A stretch of DNA of 64,000 nt, from the NCBI RefSeq assembly GCF_009914755.1, contig NC_060947.1, one strand, 5' to 3'. The notes under the pieces were generated by a model. That model did no database searches. It was not told the origin of the DNA and worked only from the letters and a program-made list of their open reading frames with translations. Position numbers and translations under genes: made by a program. Position 1 is the stretch's first letter; each line of letters starts with the position of its first letter. Positions 59,721-64,000 of the stretch are shown here, piece by piece. The DNA is from the human T2T-CHM13v2.0 reference genome, Homo sapiens.

Positions 59721-61268
59721 AACTTCTAAAAGCAAAGATGCAATAAATCAAAATAACTATTACATGAACACTCAAGTGACAAACCGTATCTAAGAAAACA
59801 TGGAGGGCTCCATACGAAATAGAGATGCAAAAGTCAAGAGCTCTCGTATGTACTCTGCCAGCTTTGCCTGATTAGAAAATGTAATGGAATAAAGAGCCCA
59901 CTCAAAATAACAGTGAAACCATTAAATAGCCAGAAGTAATCTTAACAAAAAATGTAAGGAGAACTATGTAAATATACTGATGACATTAGAATGAAACATG
60001 ACTAAATGGAAAGATGTCATATTTCTAGATAAAAAGACTAAATATTATATACATGTCAATTGTTCCTAAATTTATCAGTTTGGTACATTTTCAATCAAAA
60101 TCCCAACATAATCATTTTTGAGACTTAACATGACTCCAAAGTTCATCTGAAACAATAAACAGAAAAATTGAAACTCTTTTTAAAGACAAAGAATAAGGAG
60201 AAACTAAACCTACTATCTATTAAAATCTATTATAAAGTATCAATAATCAAATCAGTGTGGTATTGGTATAGTAGACAAACAGATCAGTGGAAAATAAATG
60301 AATAGCCCAGGAAAGGGCCTAGTCTCTATAAAAACTCAACATGTTTTTCAGAAGCACCAGAAAGTTACGGTGAAGAAGAAGAAATAAACAATAAATGGTA
60401 CAAACTCAACCAATTAACCATCTAGGAAAATGTTTTTTACATCATACTTCCAACTATATGTCAAAATAAATTCCTAATGAATTTAAAATGTAATGTAAAA
60501 GTGAATTCATAAAAATACTGGAAGAAATATTATATATATAGTCTCTTTGTTGGTAGAAAGTTGAATAGCTTAAAAGCAACAGAAGAAATCGCAGATTAAA
60601 GCACTGACAAATTGTTTTTTCATATGATTCCAAAACACTATGTCAAAAATAAGCATAACAAATTAAAAGTCATTCAACAAACTGAAGAAAAGTATTTCCA
60701 ATAAATTAAACCAGGGATTTACCTTAATATATATATTAGTAATCAAAGAAATACAAATTTCCACTAAAATTAGATACTCATTTTCCATCTATGAAACTAA
60801 TAATTCTCCTTCCCACCCCTGTCCCCTATCCTCTTATTGGCCATTCTCCCAACAGGTCTCCATTCTAATTAATTTCCTATTTATTCTTCCATACAATTTC
60901 ATGTATATATAAACCAATAAGATATATATTCTCTTTTTCCCTCCCTTTTTCACAGAAATAATAGTGTGCCCTACGCTTTTTTTTGAATCTTCCTTTTATT
61001 TAGTTAACAATATATTTAGAGATTTTCCATATCAATATATAAAACACTCCTTTAAAAAAAACTTTCCACTGACAGACATACACATTGTTTCCATTGTTGC
61101 TATTTCATGTAATACATCAATGAAGAACCTTGTATATACATCATTTTTCATGTGGTCAAGCATATCTATAAGATTAAATCCCTAAAAGTGGAATTGCTGG
61201 GTCAAAGTGTACATGCATTTGTAATTTTGAGAGATATTGTCAAATTGCCCTCTATGGGACTGGTACTA

Positions 61269-61631
<363 letters not shown>

Positions 61632-62017
61632 TCACCAGATTGGTGGTGGTGACGTTTAAAACTATAATAATGTTTTGCCAGTACAGTGAAATGGGCTTTC
61701 ATACACTGTCAGTGGGAGTACACATTGCTACAACTTATCTGGGGGAAATACCACTTTTAAAAATATATAAACCCTCAGATAAAACAATTTCACTTGTAGA
61801 GAACTTATTACAGGCAAACAATCAGAGATCACAACAAAATTTATATATAAGGATAGCCATCATGGTGTTATTTATATAAAACAAAAATTTAAATAACCTC
61901 AAAGTTCAATGCTAGCGATTGTTTGAGTAAAACTAAACCCTATCTGTAGAACAGAATACAATTCAGCCACTAAAAAATTGCTTATAAATATTCTCTAATG
62001 ACATAGAAAAAAATGTT

Positions 62018-62363
<346 letters not shown>

Positions 62364-64000
62364 CTAAAATTTTAAAACATTAAAACCATGGATGTTTTTC
62401 TCATTAATTCAACAAACATTTATTGGGCATTTATTTAGTCATGACATTAATATATGTGTTTTCAAAAATACCAACTCATTGAGATTAGTATTGGTTGCAG
62501 GGAGCTTTTGTGTATCTATATCTCCCTACATGGTTCTATCTCCCTCATCGGCACTGGTAAATAAAAACATTTCAGTCACATCATCCCATCAGTTCTGTTC
62601 TTGGGACCTAGCGAACAGCAGCCATAGGAAGTGGAGGGTGGGAGCTAAGGGTACCTCAAGGCCTTTTGGTCTGTCTGGGGCCCATAAGCAAGTTCAGAGT
62701 CAGGCCTTCACACACATCGAATAAAGCATCGTGTGCTTAGTAGGGCTCTCTTCACAGCCAGTCCAAAACCCTCACTGATTGGCAAGTGTAAATAGAATTT
62801 GAATTCAATAAACAAAATTCCTTGCTTTCGATCTTCTTATCACCTTCTGGGGTTTTATATTAACTTTCATGCTGATATGAATTTACATAATATTACATAA
62901 ATTTTTTTCAGCTAGAACACTCTGCTTTATCACATTAACTTTTTCCAAATCCTGGCTTAACTGCAATTAAATATTTTAATTTCATGGAAATTCTTTTCTA
63001 ATCCAAACAATCTCAACTTTAAGCCATCTGAAGAGAAAATATGAATCTTAAGTTGCTCCATAATCAAGTTTCAAACATTCTCAATACTTCTTTAAATGAA
63101 GACTTTTACTTTAAGGAACTGAACTACAAAGGAGGCTGGGGTGGGAGGTCCCTCAATTTTTAGACCCTTCTTTCATGCCCACTCACATGAAAAAATCAAG
63201 ATATTTCTTTCTATCAAATGCTCCATGCTGTAACATGAAAACCTTATAATTCAAATTTAAACCCATCTAGTTAAATGGTTGCACATATAAGAAATATATA
63301 GTCCTGCTGAAAGTCATAGTCTCCATTTATCCAAGGGACAGACTACAGAATTAGGCCACAGACACTTTCCTGTAGCAAAGATTTCATTCACAATCAGAGT
63401 GATGTTGTACAGGGTTCTCATGCATTGGCTATGGGGTGGAGAGTGAAGCATCTGTGTGAGTTTTTTTTCCATGAGAATTTTCTTTACAATATCTAAGTAG
63501 TTCTGATGTCTATCTACACAGGACCACTGAATTAAATATTTTGCCCTTAACTGTGCTGCTTAGGATGTGAGAAGTTTATACAGCCATCAATTAAAGAGGT
63601 GTTCCAAAGGATGTTGGCTTTTGTATTTATGCTGTCCAAAACTAGGTTACTAGATGAGGAAGCAATCAAATAAATCTGCCTTTCAGAAAAGGATTGAACC
63701 CATTCTAATTTGTTGAAAAAAGAACACAAATAGTGCATTTAGTCAAGGTTGAATTTAAAATTTTTAGCATCTCAATGACCACCAAATCATTGACTCCTTC
63801 TTTTTTGTGTTCCACATGGTTGGGGCTATCATGTTGAAACAGGATGCTTCAGAGCCGAGAAGCAAGAACATGAAATCAAGTATTGGAGAATACTAAAAAA
63901 GCACTTCCCTCCAAATTGGCCATTTGGTACTGAAAAGGGCACTGAAAAAAATATATTTTGCCAAAAGTGGCCCTTAGATAAAGCCTATATCATTTCTATA

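Overview
Primate genomic DNA, AT-rich and repeat-dense with no CpG island. A human-specific AluYa5-type fragment indicates human origin. The window lies inside PCDH19 (protocadherin-19, X chromosome) on the minus strand. Only two coding exons are present: a 59-bp exon at 27036-27094 ([20 protein letters not shown]) and a 173-bp exon at 18293-18465 ([28 protein letters not shown]...QMPDH, the delta-protocadherin CM1 motif). From memory these are exons 4 and 5 of 6. The rest is intron: about 18 Alu/FLAM elements, solo LTRs, MER DNA transposons, L1/L2/L3/MIR relics and microsatellites. The supplied ORFs are chance or repeat-derived, apart from partial overlap with the 173-bp exon. The most unusual structure is a ~700-bp mosaic insertion at about 10557-11342. 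It is stitched from three nearby templates (direct, inverted, direct) joined by microhomologies, wrapped in inverted ends, with a fold-back hairpin at its edge, and looks like a fossil multi-template-switch repair event. Other points of note: a young AluYa5 half nested in an older Alu's linker, a NAGNAG acceptor, a competing cryptic donor, a possible intronic-polyadenylation isoform, a 28-bp AT-rich palindrome and homeodomain-motif clusters. I found no evidence for a new protein-coding system. Repeat subfamily calls were made by eye and boundaries of old repeats are approximate.
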